Below, piece by piece: positions 1-11,279 of a stretch of 64,000 nt of DNA. Position numbers and translations under genes: made by a program. Below the pieces are notes generated by a model that was given only the letters and a program-made list of their open reading frames with translations, searched no databases and had not been told where the DNA came from. The stretch spans positions 14,384,001-14,448,000 of the forward strand of contig CP075494.1 of assembly GCA_021613535.1 (NCBI GenBank), read 5' to 3'. Positions within the stretch are counted from its first letter, which is position 1. The number at the start of each line of letters is the position of its first letter. Source of the stretch: Adineta vaga (lineage: Eukaryota; Animalia; Rotifera).

Positions 1-53
1 GTATAAGATCATTCGTTGTATACAATACAAGTTCATATCATAAAATTTCACGT

Positions 54-590
54 ATGACATTACGAAAATTAAAAATCGAACCATTGACAAAAGAAGCTTT
101 TGCTTCATTTGGTGATGTTATTGAAACTGATCAACGGCCTTTTCGAATGATTAATAATGGTTCAACTCGTCGTTATCATTCTCTAGCTCAAGTAGAAACA
201 GCATATCCTGCTGATGGTGATCGGGCTATAATCAGTATTTTTCGTGCTCAAACAACAAAAATGCCATGTGTGATTCGAATGCTTGAACGACATCCATTGG
301 GTAGTCAAGCTTTTATACCATTACTTGGTCGACCATCTCTTATTGTTGTTGCTCCACCAACGAATCCTTCTATCAATGATGACAAACCACAACTTGATCT
401 TATACGTGCATTTATTACAAATGGTAAACAAGGAATCAATTATAGTCGAGGAACATGGCATCATCCCGTATTAGCGATTGGAAATGAAGAAGATGATTTA
501 CTTGTTGTTGATCGTGAAGGTACAGGTAATAATTGTGATGAACATTTCTTTGAAGAACATGAACACATGATTCTCGATTATCAATCTTGA
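54..590 (+). CDS. allA: Ureidoglycolate lyase (urea-releasing), bacterial AllA type; intronless; candidate horizontal acquisition
   Basis: 178 aa with family motifs IEPLTKEAF.FGDVIET, MINNGSTRRYH, MLERHPLGSQAFIPL, GINY.RG.WHHP, LVVDR.G.GNNCDE. Closely resembles Pseudomonas-type AllA from memory. AATAAA at 646-651 and 653-658. Confidence 0.93.
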   Translation: MTLRKLKIEPLTKEAFASFGDVIETDQRPFRMINNGSTRRYHSLAQVETAYPADGDRAIISIFRAQTTKMPCVIRMLERHPLGSQAFIPLLGRPSLIVVAPPTNPSINDDKPQLDLIRAFITNGKQGINYSRGTWHHPVLAIGNEEDDLLVVDREGTGNNCDEHFFEEHEHMILDYQS

Positions 591-698
591 ATCTAACATT
601 GAAAATTTTTCAAGAAACTAAAACTTTGATTTTTATCCGAAAGAAAATAAAGAATAAAACCAATCTAAACTAGCAAAGTTCAAAGATTTATATGGAAA

Positions 699-2923
699 TT
701 ATTGTTGAGCTTTTAATTGTCGACGTCGACGATGTAGAATAAGTTCAGTATATCCATTTGGTTGTTTATCACCCTCAAGTATTAATTCCAATGCAGCTTG
801 AAAAGCGATATTTTTATCGAAATCATTTGCCATTGATTCATATTCAGAACTATCAGCATTTTGTCGATCGACAATTTCAGCCATTCGTTTCATTGTTTCT
901 TCTACTTGTTGTTTTGTAATTAATCCATGTCGTAACCAATTAGCCATTAATTGACTGGAAATTCTTAATGTTGCTCGATCTTCCATCATTCCAATATCAT
1001 CAATATCGGGTACTTTCGAACAACCTATACCTTGATCAATCCAACGGACAACATAACCAAGTATACTTTGAGCATTATTATCTAATTCATGTTGGATTTC
1101 TTCATCTGTAAGATTTGTTGTTAATACTGGAATTGTTAATAAATCATCAAGATAATCTTTGGATAATTCAGTTGATGATAATAATTCTGTTTGACGAGCA
1201 AATACATCTATTTGATGATAATGTAAAGCATGAAGTGTAGCAGCAGTTGGTGATGGCACCCATGCACATGTTGCTCCTGTTTGAAGATGATTTATTTTTT
1301 GTTGGATCATCAATGCCATCTTATCTGGTATTGCCCACATTCCTTTTCCAATTTGTGCTCGTTTTGAAAGACCACATTTTAATCCAATCGTCACATTATT
1401 CTTTTCGTAAGCATTTAACCATTTCGTTTCTTTCATTTGTACTTTACGTACGAGAGGACCTGCTTCCATTGATGTGTGAATTTCATCACCAGTCCGATCA
1501 AGAAATCCAGTATTGATAAATACTAAACGATCTTTTACTTCTCGAATACATGCATGAAGATTGACGGTTGTACGACGTTCTTCATCCATAACACCGATTT
1601 TAAGTGTAGAACGAGGTAATTTTAATAGATCTTCAACACGATTAAATAAACATGCAGTAAAGGCAACTTCTTCAGGACCATGTTGTTTTGGTTTAACAAT
1701 ATAAATTGAACGTTTACGAGTATTTCTTATTGCTTCTATTGATTTTTCATTAAGATCATGTAAGGCAATTAAAGTTGTAATAAGAGCATCAAGTATACCT
1801 TCAGGTATTTCTTCGTTATCTTGATTTAAAATAGTATCCGTATACAATAAATGACCAACATGACGAATAAATAGAAGCGATCGACCAGGTAAACGTAATT
1901 CCGTACCAGCTTTTGAGATATAAACTCGATCTGAATTTAATTTTCGACGAATTTTTTCTTTTCCTTTAAGAAATTCTGCTTCTAAATTTCCTTTCATTAA
2001 ACCCAACCAATTTCTATATAATTCTACTTTATCATTTGCATCAACAGCGGCAACAGAATCTTCACAATCAACAATTGTCGTTAATGCTGATTCAATAAAA
2101 ATATCTTTAATACCAGTTGAATCAATTTGAAGTTCAATATGAAGACCATGATGTATGAAAAGAATTACAGAAGGTTTATTCAATTCACCTTGATATCCAA
2201 GAAATTGATCAGAACAAAGAAGTTGAGTGATACTTCCATCTTGTAAAGTGATCTAATCGATAGAAATTATTTCATTTGCATATCATCAGATGAAACTTAT
2301 CTTACTTTGAGGTCACCATTTTCAATATGATATCGTACAGCATCTTTATATGATGCACGATTCATCAAAGGAATAGATTGATCAAGAAATTGTTGTGTAT
2401 AAGCAATTACTTTATCACCACGTTTTTTATTATATTTACTAGTTTTTTCACAACCATCACTTTCTGGAATGACATCAGTACCATATAATGCATCATACAA
2501 TGATCCCCAACGAGCATTTGCAGCATTGAGAGCAAATCGAGCATTCATCAGTGGAACGACAAGTTGTGGTGCAGCTTGAAGAGCGATTTCATCATCGACA
2601 TTTGTTGTTGTAATTTGAAATTCTTCATCATGATGACGTACAGATGATAAATAACCAATATCGAATAGAAACTTTTTATATGTTTCAATATCGGTATATT
2701 TTCCTGGATGGGTTCGATGCCATTCATCAATTTGTGTTTGTAACGAATCGCGTATTTGTAAAAGTTTACGATTTTCAGGTGATAAATCAGTTATGATGGA
2801 CTCTGCACCATTCCAAAATGTTTCTCGATCAATATTGATACCTGGTAAAACTTCTTCATTGACAAAATTAAAAAGAATTTTAGCAACTTTTAAATTTCCA
2901 ATGTGTACACGTTCATTCGTCAT
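699..2923 (-). CDS. glcB: Malate synthase G, two exons (2923-2306, 2252-699), ~723 aa; bacterial-type gene with a spliceosomal intron
   Basis: Motifs [108 protein letters not shown]...[12 protein letters not shown]. Removing the GTAAG...TTAG intron at 2305-2253 joins ORFs 2297..3007 and 699..2183 in frame (...GDLK|ITLQDGS...). Confidence 0.95.
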
Positions 2924-3171
2924 GATATATTTTTCTTTTATCCGATCATATTTATTTGCTTGCAAAAGATAGAAGCACAGCAGTATTAGCACTAAATATA
3001 CACACACTATCGAAAAGAAAAATCGTCAATTTGTCGATTACTGTAAGAAACGAATTAATATGGTATCAGATGTCGCTATATTCAATGATGTGAATGCACC
3101 TTAGTGTTTATTGAGAGTATTCAAAAATAAAACTTTTCTTTTCTTTTTTTTTTTTTTTATCAAAAATTAAC

Positions 3172-3591
3172 TCAAAGCAAAATCCATAGAGCAGTAAATA
3201 TAATCACGAGAGAAACCACGGATGGCAATGTATATGTTCCTGTGGAAGTTCGAGCAGCACTTCCTCCACATTGACTGTATCCATTATTTCTCACGTATAA
3301 AGTATTACTATCAGGACTGAGTGAATAAGTAATTTGTGAACCTCGAGTTCCTATTGTAGAAAATGAATAACTGTTTGGATTTGAAAATGTTGTTGTAGAT
3401 CTTGATGAACCACATCCTTGTGTATCCGATGAAAAGATCAAATTTGAACCGGATGCTTTCACAGCTAAACTACCCGTATAACAACAACAATGATTTACTT
3501 TACATTGATTATCCCATTTGTATGTGCCAGCCCATCTTTGCATCGTAACAACTGATATCAGTAAACAGATTATGAATAGTATGGTATTCAT
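3172..3591 (-). CDS. Small secreted, probably GPI-anchored, Cys-containing protein of unknown function
   Basis: 139 aa intronless ORF with hydrophobic N-terminal signal, C..CCC motif, Ser/Thr-rich body and hydrophobic C-terminal tail (VVSLVIIFTALWILL). Confidence 0.7.
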   Translation of the reverse strand: MNTILFIICLLISVVTMQRWAGTYKWDNQCKVNHCCCYTGSLAVKASGSNLIFSSDTQGCGSSRSTTTFSNPNSYSFSTIGTRGSQITYSLSPDSNTLYVRNNGYSQCGGSAARTSTGTYTLPSVVSLVIIFTALWILL

Positions 3592-4190
3592 TTGATCTAT
3601 ATCAATAGGATAAGAAATGAATGTGCATTCGATTGTATTTTGTGATTAAATCTTATATCTCTCGTTGATTTATTTCGTATTAAAAGAAGACAAATGTTGT
3701 TTTAGTCTGTTATATTGACAAAACGAAAATGCACGTATATGACTATGGCAATTCAATCAAATTGAAACGCCCATGTAATTATAAAACAAATCGAAAATAT
3801 CAATAAAAATAATGAAGGAGGTTTTATCGAATCATCCAGCAAACAAAAACGTTTCTTCAATAGGGAATTAAATATCATATGTACAAATTATTTTTTTTAA
3901 CTTTTCATTGATTTGAAGAGAAGTTTAATGTACCATATTGATACTCTTCATATGTTTTTCTTATTGAAAACAAGTCCACCCCCACATATTTCTATTTCAC
4001 TGGCATCAGATGTTTTCATAAATCAAGTCTAAAAAACAATGATCATTCTTCTCGTCAACATGTTGCACATTACGCCCTAGAAATTCAACATCAATGAAGT
4101 GAAATATTATCGTCATTCATACGAACAAACGAATATATAAACTAAACAAAGATTGCTTCTTAAACAATATCATTTCTAAACCAAAATAAA

Positions 4191-5107
4191 ATGGCTTCCG
4201 GACAAGGAAATGGTGGTATGTCGTTAAGTATGAAATTCATTCGATTATTAATTATTCTTTTGAATTTAACATTTGTTATCATTGGTGGCTTATTCCTTGC
4301 TATCGGTATTTTCGTTATGAAAGATCCAAAAATGCAACAATTACGTCCTTTACTTAGTCCAGATATTACAGTAAAATATTCACAAAGTTTATCAACTATT
4401 GAAGTATCTGCCATTATACTGATTGTTATTGGTGGAATTTTATTAGCAATTGGATTTCTTGGTAAGAGAATGAATGAAAGTGAACTTCTCATGTACTGAT
4501 TTCATTTAATTTAGGTTGTTGTGGTGCAGTAAAAGGTTTTCGATTTTTACATCTTCTCTATGCAATTATCATCGGTGGAATTATTCTCGCTGAAATTGCA
4601 TTTGTTGTTGTTTATATTGTTTATCAAAATCGATTTAAAACTGAATTTGCCAATAAACTTCGTGAATCAATTGTAAAATATTATGTTGGCCCATCAATAA
4701 ATAATTCCACATCTGTCAATCCCATTTCACTATCATGGGATATAGTACAATTCAATCTTCAATGTTGTGGAGCAGTAAACAAAAGCGATTATGCAAATAC
4801 AACAAGTTGGAATCGAACAAATCCTTATCAACCAACTACAAATTTGACTGTTCCTTTTACATGTTGTCCATTAAGTGCAACGAAAAATTGGAATGGTATA
4901 CCAGCAAATATGAGTGAAGCAAATACATGTGCAACAACTGGTGTGAATGTTTATTCTCAAGGTTGTTATGATCGTTTGATTGATTTATTATTTTCTTATA
5001 AAAATTATGTTATTATTGGTGGTGCGATTATTGGTGCTGTTGAAATTTTTGCTTTCTTATTTGCAATATTATTATTTTGTCGTAAAGATCATTATGATAG
5101 TTTGTAA
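4191..5107 (+). CDS. Tetraspanin (exons 4191-4461, 4515-5107)
   Basis: Four TM segments, GFLG|CCGA across the intron 4462-4514, LQCCG motif in the large loop, VPFTCC and GCYD motifs. Confidence 0.92.
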
Positions 5108-5256
5108 AATCTATAGTATTAATAAAACTAATTGTATCTATAAGATTTGTGTTTACATAATGATTTCTCTTAGAGGATCGAACAATCAATATGAAATTCT
5201 TAATAAATCTACAACGATGAAAAGAAAAAGGTCAAAAATGTCTTTTTGTTTTTCTT

Positions 5257-5812
5257 CTATAAACAACCAATGGATACAAGAGGACATTGATAATCAACTT
5301 CATTGCTATTCTCTTTAACAATTTCATGAAATGGACGTGCTTGAATACCACATGTTCGTTTGAGTATTTCAACAGTTGCATCTTGATTGAATGATAATTC
5401 ATGATAAGGCATTTGTTTATAATGATTAGAAATATTCGTTTGATTTAGAAAGAAAACATACGTATGACCATGAACAAATGCTCGATAACAAAGTGGATTA
5501 TCTAAGAGCTAAGAATTAGTATTGACAATGTAAATATTCATTTGAATTACCTGGAAATGTATGTTCAATCATAAGATTTTCTACTTTTGGTGGAATACCT
5601 TTTAATGTACACCGAACAACAAATGTTATATTGAATGGTTTTGTATGATTGTTAACTGCAACTGCAGTTGATGTTTCAATAACATCACCATAAATTACAA
5701 GTGGTGATTGAGAAAGTTTTATTGAAAATGGTATTGCATCTTGACATATTGGTGAACCAATACTTATGAAGATTACTGAACAAAGTACAATAAGAATCGT
5801 TGATCTTGACAT
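5257..5812 (-). CDS. Small secreted protein, NtA/TIMP-like (agrin N-terminal) OB-fold candidate (exons 5812-5551, 5501-5257)
   Basis: Signal peptide followed by C....F..KL..SPLVIYGDV ... F.VRCTLKG ... C......GHTYVFFL. A 49-bp GT-AG intron at 5550-5502 restores the frame to a TAG at 5257. Fold assignment is by eye. Confidence 0.6.
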
Positions 5813-6427
5813 GATCAAATTCATAAATAAAAATATGATGAACGAAACAAGTATATATATATATATATATATACATCTATTCTTGTCTTATCTGATTCTT
5901 TTTCTTTCGAAACACTTGAACTATTTGCACCGTAGCTTGATAGTATATTCTCGTCTGTCTGTTATGTTTTAATCAGAAGAGTTACGTGTCTATATTATAT
6001 CATTTATTCACAACAACATACATATGTACTACACTCTTGAAGAATTCACTTCACTAACAGTTGTAGATTTGGTAGGAATCTTTTATAAAGCTTCGTTTCG
6101 AACCAAAACATCCATTCTCATAATAAAATGTAAGATATCGATTTTCCACCATATATATCAACATAGTGAGTATATTTATTTTTCATTTACCTTTTTTTTT
6201 CAATATTATATAAAACTGATGTCTTTTAGAATTCATTATTTTGTTGATGAAAGTATTTCCAAAGTGCAGCAAGTAAATCAGAATTCTATAAATGATTATG
6301 AAAATGAACATCTTATCACATCAGAAGAAGCAGTTACAAAACTTTCAGTACACATTGATAACATTACACATTATGTTCTTTTCTAAAGAAATATGTTGCC
6401 GTGATTTAGATTTTTTCGAAGATAATT

Positions 6428-7182
6428 AACAGGTGGATCGAAAGTTTTGGCACAAAATGTTCGTTTATTTTTCAGTGTCTTGAAAGAGCTTGTAGAAATT
6501 TAAAAACATTGTGTTAAAATCAGAATTTTATGCTCTTTCTGAATATGAGCTCAACAGTTTTTTTAGTACATTTGCTTTGAGAGCTATGAATCAATCTTTT
6601 AGAGGCTCTAAAATCAAGTTTGGACGAAAAAAATTGACGGTTTTTGCAATAGTAGTTTTTTTGATTGTATACGTTGTGTCACTAGTTTTTTTGCATAGAA
6701 TTGTAGGTGAGAGTTGTCTCTACAGAATGAGATAAGAATCAAGAATTTCAGAATAATCATTGAGGAATGGTCGAGCTCACTTTGCAAATCTGTTTTCCAT
6801 AGAAATCGAGAAAATCGCTAAAAATTGGCACGTGTCACCTAGTAAAATAACCACTATTAACAGATAGTTTGTAGTAAACCAATTAGCAGTAGACCGTTTC
6901 GTAGAGAAATACCTGCTCTTTCATTCGCTGTATTTGAAATGATTTTTCTTGCTACCTGGGGTCATTTTTAGTGTGCTGAAGTTTGTCCAAACTTGATTTT
7001 AGAGCCTCTAAAAGATTGATTCATAGCTCTCAAAGCAAATGTACTAAAAAAACTGTTGAGCTCATATTCAGAAAGAGCATAAAATTCTGATTTTAACACA
7101 ATGTTTTTAAATTTCTACAAGCTCTTTCAAGACACTGAAAAATAAACGAACATTTTGTGCCAAAACTTTCGATCCACCCGTT
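6428..7182. mobile_element. Non-autonomous foldback/MITE-like DNA element, 755 bp, with 198-bp terminal inverted repeats
   Basis: 6428-6625 is the reverse complement of 6985-7182 with one visible mismatch (6431 vs 7179). The 359-bp spacer has no transposase ORF. No clean TSD (left flank TTAA, right flank TTGT). Confidence 0.85.
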
Positions 7183-7710
7183 GTATTGAGAAGCGGAAAG
7201 AATACGGAATAGTAGGAAAATCAGAGAAAGACTAAATAGTGGAAGAGATAGCAACTCTGTTTTAAGTTAATTGATGTTAACCGTACCAACCATGCCTAAT
7301 ACTTTTTTTCAATAAGAAACCAGATGTATCGTCTCTTATGTGATATAATTTTGTTTTTTATCAAACCATATACATCTAAAATATGACGTTTACGATTTTA
7401 TTGCATTCCGGAATAAATATGAACTTTTCACGGGCATTTTCTCGACATTAAACAGAAAGACATGTTTTCTACTCTCATTGACAACGGAACTGTTTGGTGG
7501 TATGTAGAAGTTGTTGAATTAGAATCAAATTCATCCCATTCACTTTTCGTCGTGTTTGAACCTCTAAATGTTGAATGAGAATGAAAACAAAATAATGTGA
7601 TTGACTATGCGTTCATTGATGGTCAATTTAGACTAAACATACAAATGTTCATTGTTTTCATTGACGACATCGCGATCAGATAGAACAGATGAGTATAGAT
7701 ACACATTCAT

Positions 7711-7740
7711 ACAAAACAAAACAAAACAAAACAAAACAAA
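7711..7740 (+). repeat. (ACAAA)6 microsatellite
   Basis: Six perfect copies just upstream of the F-box pseudogene ATG. Confidence 0.9.
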
Positions 7741-7754
7741 TGATAAGTATAAAC

Positions 7755-9420
7755 ATGGAATATTCTTGTGTTCGACTTGAGAATTTGCCAGATGAAATTC
7801 TTCTGATTATTTTACAAAAATTAAACAATTATGATGTACTTTATTCTTTCATAGGTCTTGATAAAAGATTTGGTAAAATTCTCTACGACAGAATTTTTAC
7901 AAGAAATTCATCATTAATAAAATCTATTCATAGATCATCATGTCAATTTAATATAATACTTGATCGATTTTGTCTGGAAATTTTACCTAAAATCAATGAT
8001 AAAATCGAACGACTTCGTATTGAATCATTATTTCTTAAACGCATTCTTCTGGCAACAAACTATCCTAATTTACACACACTTGATATATGTGAATTTGAAC
8101 CTGAAACAGCCGGTATACTCTTCCGTGGTAAGACATTTTTCCTTCTATACTCTTTCAATGATTATTTATACAAGAGAAATTTTTCTTTTTTTTTCTTTAG
8201 ATGGAAGTTATTTAGTTAATCAATTTCAAAATCAAATTTCATCAATTTTTATTAAGTTGAACCCGTGTAAACGGCGAATAGATGAATTGGGATATATAAC
8301 ACCTGATAATATATCTATATTTATTAGAATCTGTATTCTATTCAACAATCTACGATACTTGAATTTCAGTTCATTCGAATTACGAACAATTAGCATTTTT
8401 GAGTACAACTCCATCTCAATTCTCTTCAAATCTATTAGAATTACATGTTGTAGTCAAAAGTATTTTCGATTGTCTCTGTCTGCTTGATGGTCAGTTCAAT
8501 CAATTACATACATTTTATGTTACAATTCAATCTTGTAATGGATATGAAGGAGATCCAGTTGGTAACTATGTAAATATTTATTTCTTCGATGAATAAATAA
8601 TATTTAACGTTTGTTTTTTCTTCTTTCGTGTGTTTAGAAACAATTACCCAATTTAAAATCTTTTTCGTTAATCCATGAAGATAGAACATACGTGTATGAT
8701 GCTATATTTATACCACTATTTCAAAGGATGACCAATCTAGAAGAACTTTATTTGTATTTTATTACTATACATGGAATAATTATTTATGGTGATAATCTGA
8801 AAAATAATATTATTAATCATATAACACGATTAAATAAATTCACATTTAATATTTGTTCAGTTATTCGTCTTCATGAATTAATTAGTGTACCATCGAACAA
8901 TGATATTAAATATTCATTTTGAAACTTTCACAATAATGAAATTATTTTAAATATTGATTATTTTGAAGAAAAAAAAGTATTCTATTATCATATGTATTCA
9001 TATCCATATATATGGACATTTTATCATAATATAACAAATCATTTTCGTGGTGGATTATTTAAATCTGTTCGTGAAATATCATTATATGATGAACATTCAT
9101 TCGAACATGATTTTTTTCTTCGTATTGTTCAATCGTTTCCATTTCTTACAAAATTAACTATACATAATTATGAAGCACAACAAAATAATCATCTTGAACA
9201 ATCAATAATTAAATATTCTTATCTTCTCGAAATTGATCTTGTTAAAACTCATCATGATTATATTGAACAATTTCTTAATAACAAAAAGTATGTTTACTAA
9301 ATGATGTTCATCTTCGCGTAGGTGATAATTCATTAGAAAAAGTAACCAACAATTTTACAAGAGATAAAACACATTAATTCTTTAAAAATTATTCGTCTTA
9401 GAATCTGCGGTCACAGTTGA
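7755..9420 (+). pseudogene. F-box / LRR-like gene (LENLPDEILLIILQKL family), disabled
   Basis: N-terminal F-box motif; introns at 8128-8200 and ~8562-8637. Family-like sequence switches frame near 8375 (to YEQLAFL...LLELHVVV), has an in-frame TGA at 8920-8922 with the same frame resuming, and shifts again near 9285 and 9372. Confidence 0.75.
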
Positions 9421-10153
9421 ACGTTCAAAATTACAAGAATATTTTTCTTATGCAAAAATCAATTGTCATTACTGATATATTTTGTTAAAATAAACTGTGA
9501 AATAGAAACAAAATTATGTTGAATATTTCATAAGAAAAGAAGATAAAATGAAAATATTTGTCAAAAATGATTAGAAAGAATAAAATATCACTTATGCAAA
9601 TAAGAAAAAGAAAAAAACTTACGTCAAAAATAGAGTAAAAACGACTAATAGTATTGATTTATCATCGCGAGTAACCCGACATGGTGAAAATCAAAATAAA
9701 ATCGATTCATTGAACGATATGAGCAGCGACCAGTCTCGGATAGGTCTATTGCATAATGTATCTAAACACAAGAATAATAACGTGAATTATCAAAAGAAAA
9801 ATGTGTAAAACTACAAAATTTTACTGTAAATGATTGACATTGTTCATAGATTGGAAACGATTGTGTACGATTAAAACATGAGCAAAGATATGGATCTTTT
9901 AATGTACAATTACAAAGAGTAAATGAGTAATTTTCTATTATTTCATTTGAAATACACATAGTTTGGAGTAACAAATGTTAAAATATTGTATGTTATTTCA
10001 ATACATGTTGTTTTTGTTGAATCACAACATCCATAAGTACCAACAACTCCAGGAAGACAAAACTACTTGTTCTACTGCAAGTAATCATAGAAATGAGAAG
10101 AATCCATGTTAGTAAGTTTTCATAAGAATTCATTGCCACAAATCGGGATAAAT

Positions 10154-10203
10154 GGGTGGGTGTGGGTGATAGAAGATAGGAGTACCCACACCCACACCCA
10201 CCC
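10154..10203. repeat. Perfect 15-bp inverted repeat made of telomere-like TGTGGG/CCCACA units
   Basis: GGGTGGGTGTGGGTG (10154-10168) and CACCCACACCCACCC (10189-10203) with a 20-nt spacer; a GC-rich island in AT-rich DNA. Confidence 0.8.
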
Positions 10204-11279
10204 TCAAGATGATATGTTCTAGATAGTTTTAATAACATTTCAGACATATGTGAGGTATTCGTTTTGTTTTGGTTCATTTAACGTCATATTTTATAAGTAT
10301 TTATTTTGCTGCTGTACAATGCTTTTCTTCTGAAGTTATTTTCAAGGAATTATTAAAGTCGGTTATGTGTAGGATGCTCAGTTTAGTTAGAAATCATACT
10401 GCGGAGGAATGCTTGAGCTTAGTGATATTTTAGTTCGATAAGGATTGATTAATGATGCATTTTATCTACCGTCTAGCAGAAATGCGTTTGTACTTATCGG
10501 AAAAACCTTTGACAGAACTCTATAGACATCTAGGATATTTATATTATGATAAAGAAAATCGTGAGGAATTGAACAGCCAAATCATTTTACTCATGACTGA
10601 AAATGGTCATGATCAATGTTTATTACCTATTTTTATTTGCTTGAATAATATTTTTTGTGTTGAATTAGTTTTAGTACATTTAAAATTATGAGAAAAAGAA
10701 AATAGAAACATCACTCGTTAAAGCGAATCATAGTGCCATCGTTTGAGACACGAGTTGTAGTGTGCAATGATCATTATCGACATCATTAATATAATAGAGA
10801 ATAAAGAAAAACTCAATACAAACGGGTGATATATTTTCATTTTTATAATAAGATCTATATGATTTCACCGATTTCGTGTGAAAATAACGAGAAAACATAT
10901 TTAGACAGACAAGCGTTTTCAAAATCCTCTTTTGAGCATGAGTAAATTTCAATGCTGTAAGTTTTTCCCTCACATATTTATTCGTAAGATATCGAGTTTT
11001 CAAAATATATACGAACTTAGCGAATAGAATAAATCATGGAGGTTTACTTGTGGTTAAAAGATAATCTGAAAAACAGTCGTGCACTTGAACGTCAGCTATT
11101 ATCTCTTCTTTACAAGAATAAGAAATAATATTCTTTAATAAGTTCGATTTTTTCAAACAATATTTTGAAAATTATTCTAGATATTTATTAAAGGAGAGGA
11201 AGAATATAATGAATAAAGTAAGTAAAGAAAATGCCAAGTCAATTAGTAAAATTTTGATTTTGAAATTAGGTCTCAATCT

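Noticed and set aside
1-3007. Bacterial contaminant or chimeric contig
   Set aside because: glcB has a canonical short spliceosomal intron, base composition matches the host, AATAAA follows allA, and a tetraspanin gene lies ~1.3 kb away.
699-3007. Two separate or frameshifted malate synthase ORFs; N-terminal signal peptide [11 protein letters not shown]
   Set aside because: One intron joins the ORFs. The upstream hydrophobic extension starts at a GTG, and homology begins at ATG 2923.
6511-6735. 74-aa ORF inside the inverted-repeat element
   Set aside because: Non-ATG start overlapping the TIR, with no transposase motifs.
8920-8922. Selenocysteine or readthrough TGA in the F-box gene
   Set aside because: Several frameshifts occur in the same gene and no SECIS was recognised; decay is the simpler explanation.
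10452-11003. Short ORFs with a faint TPR-like segment (LTELYRHLGYLYY)
   Set aside because: Too short and with no supportable exon chain; possibly decayed sequence.
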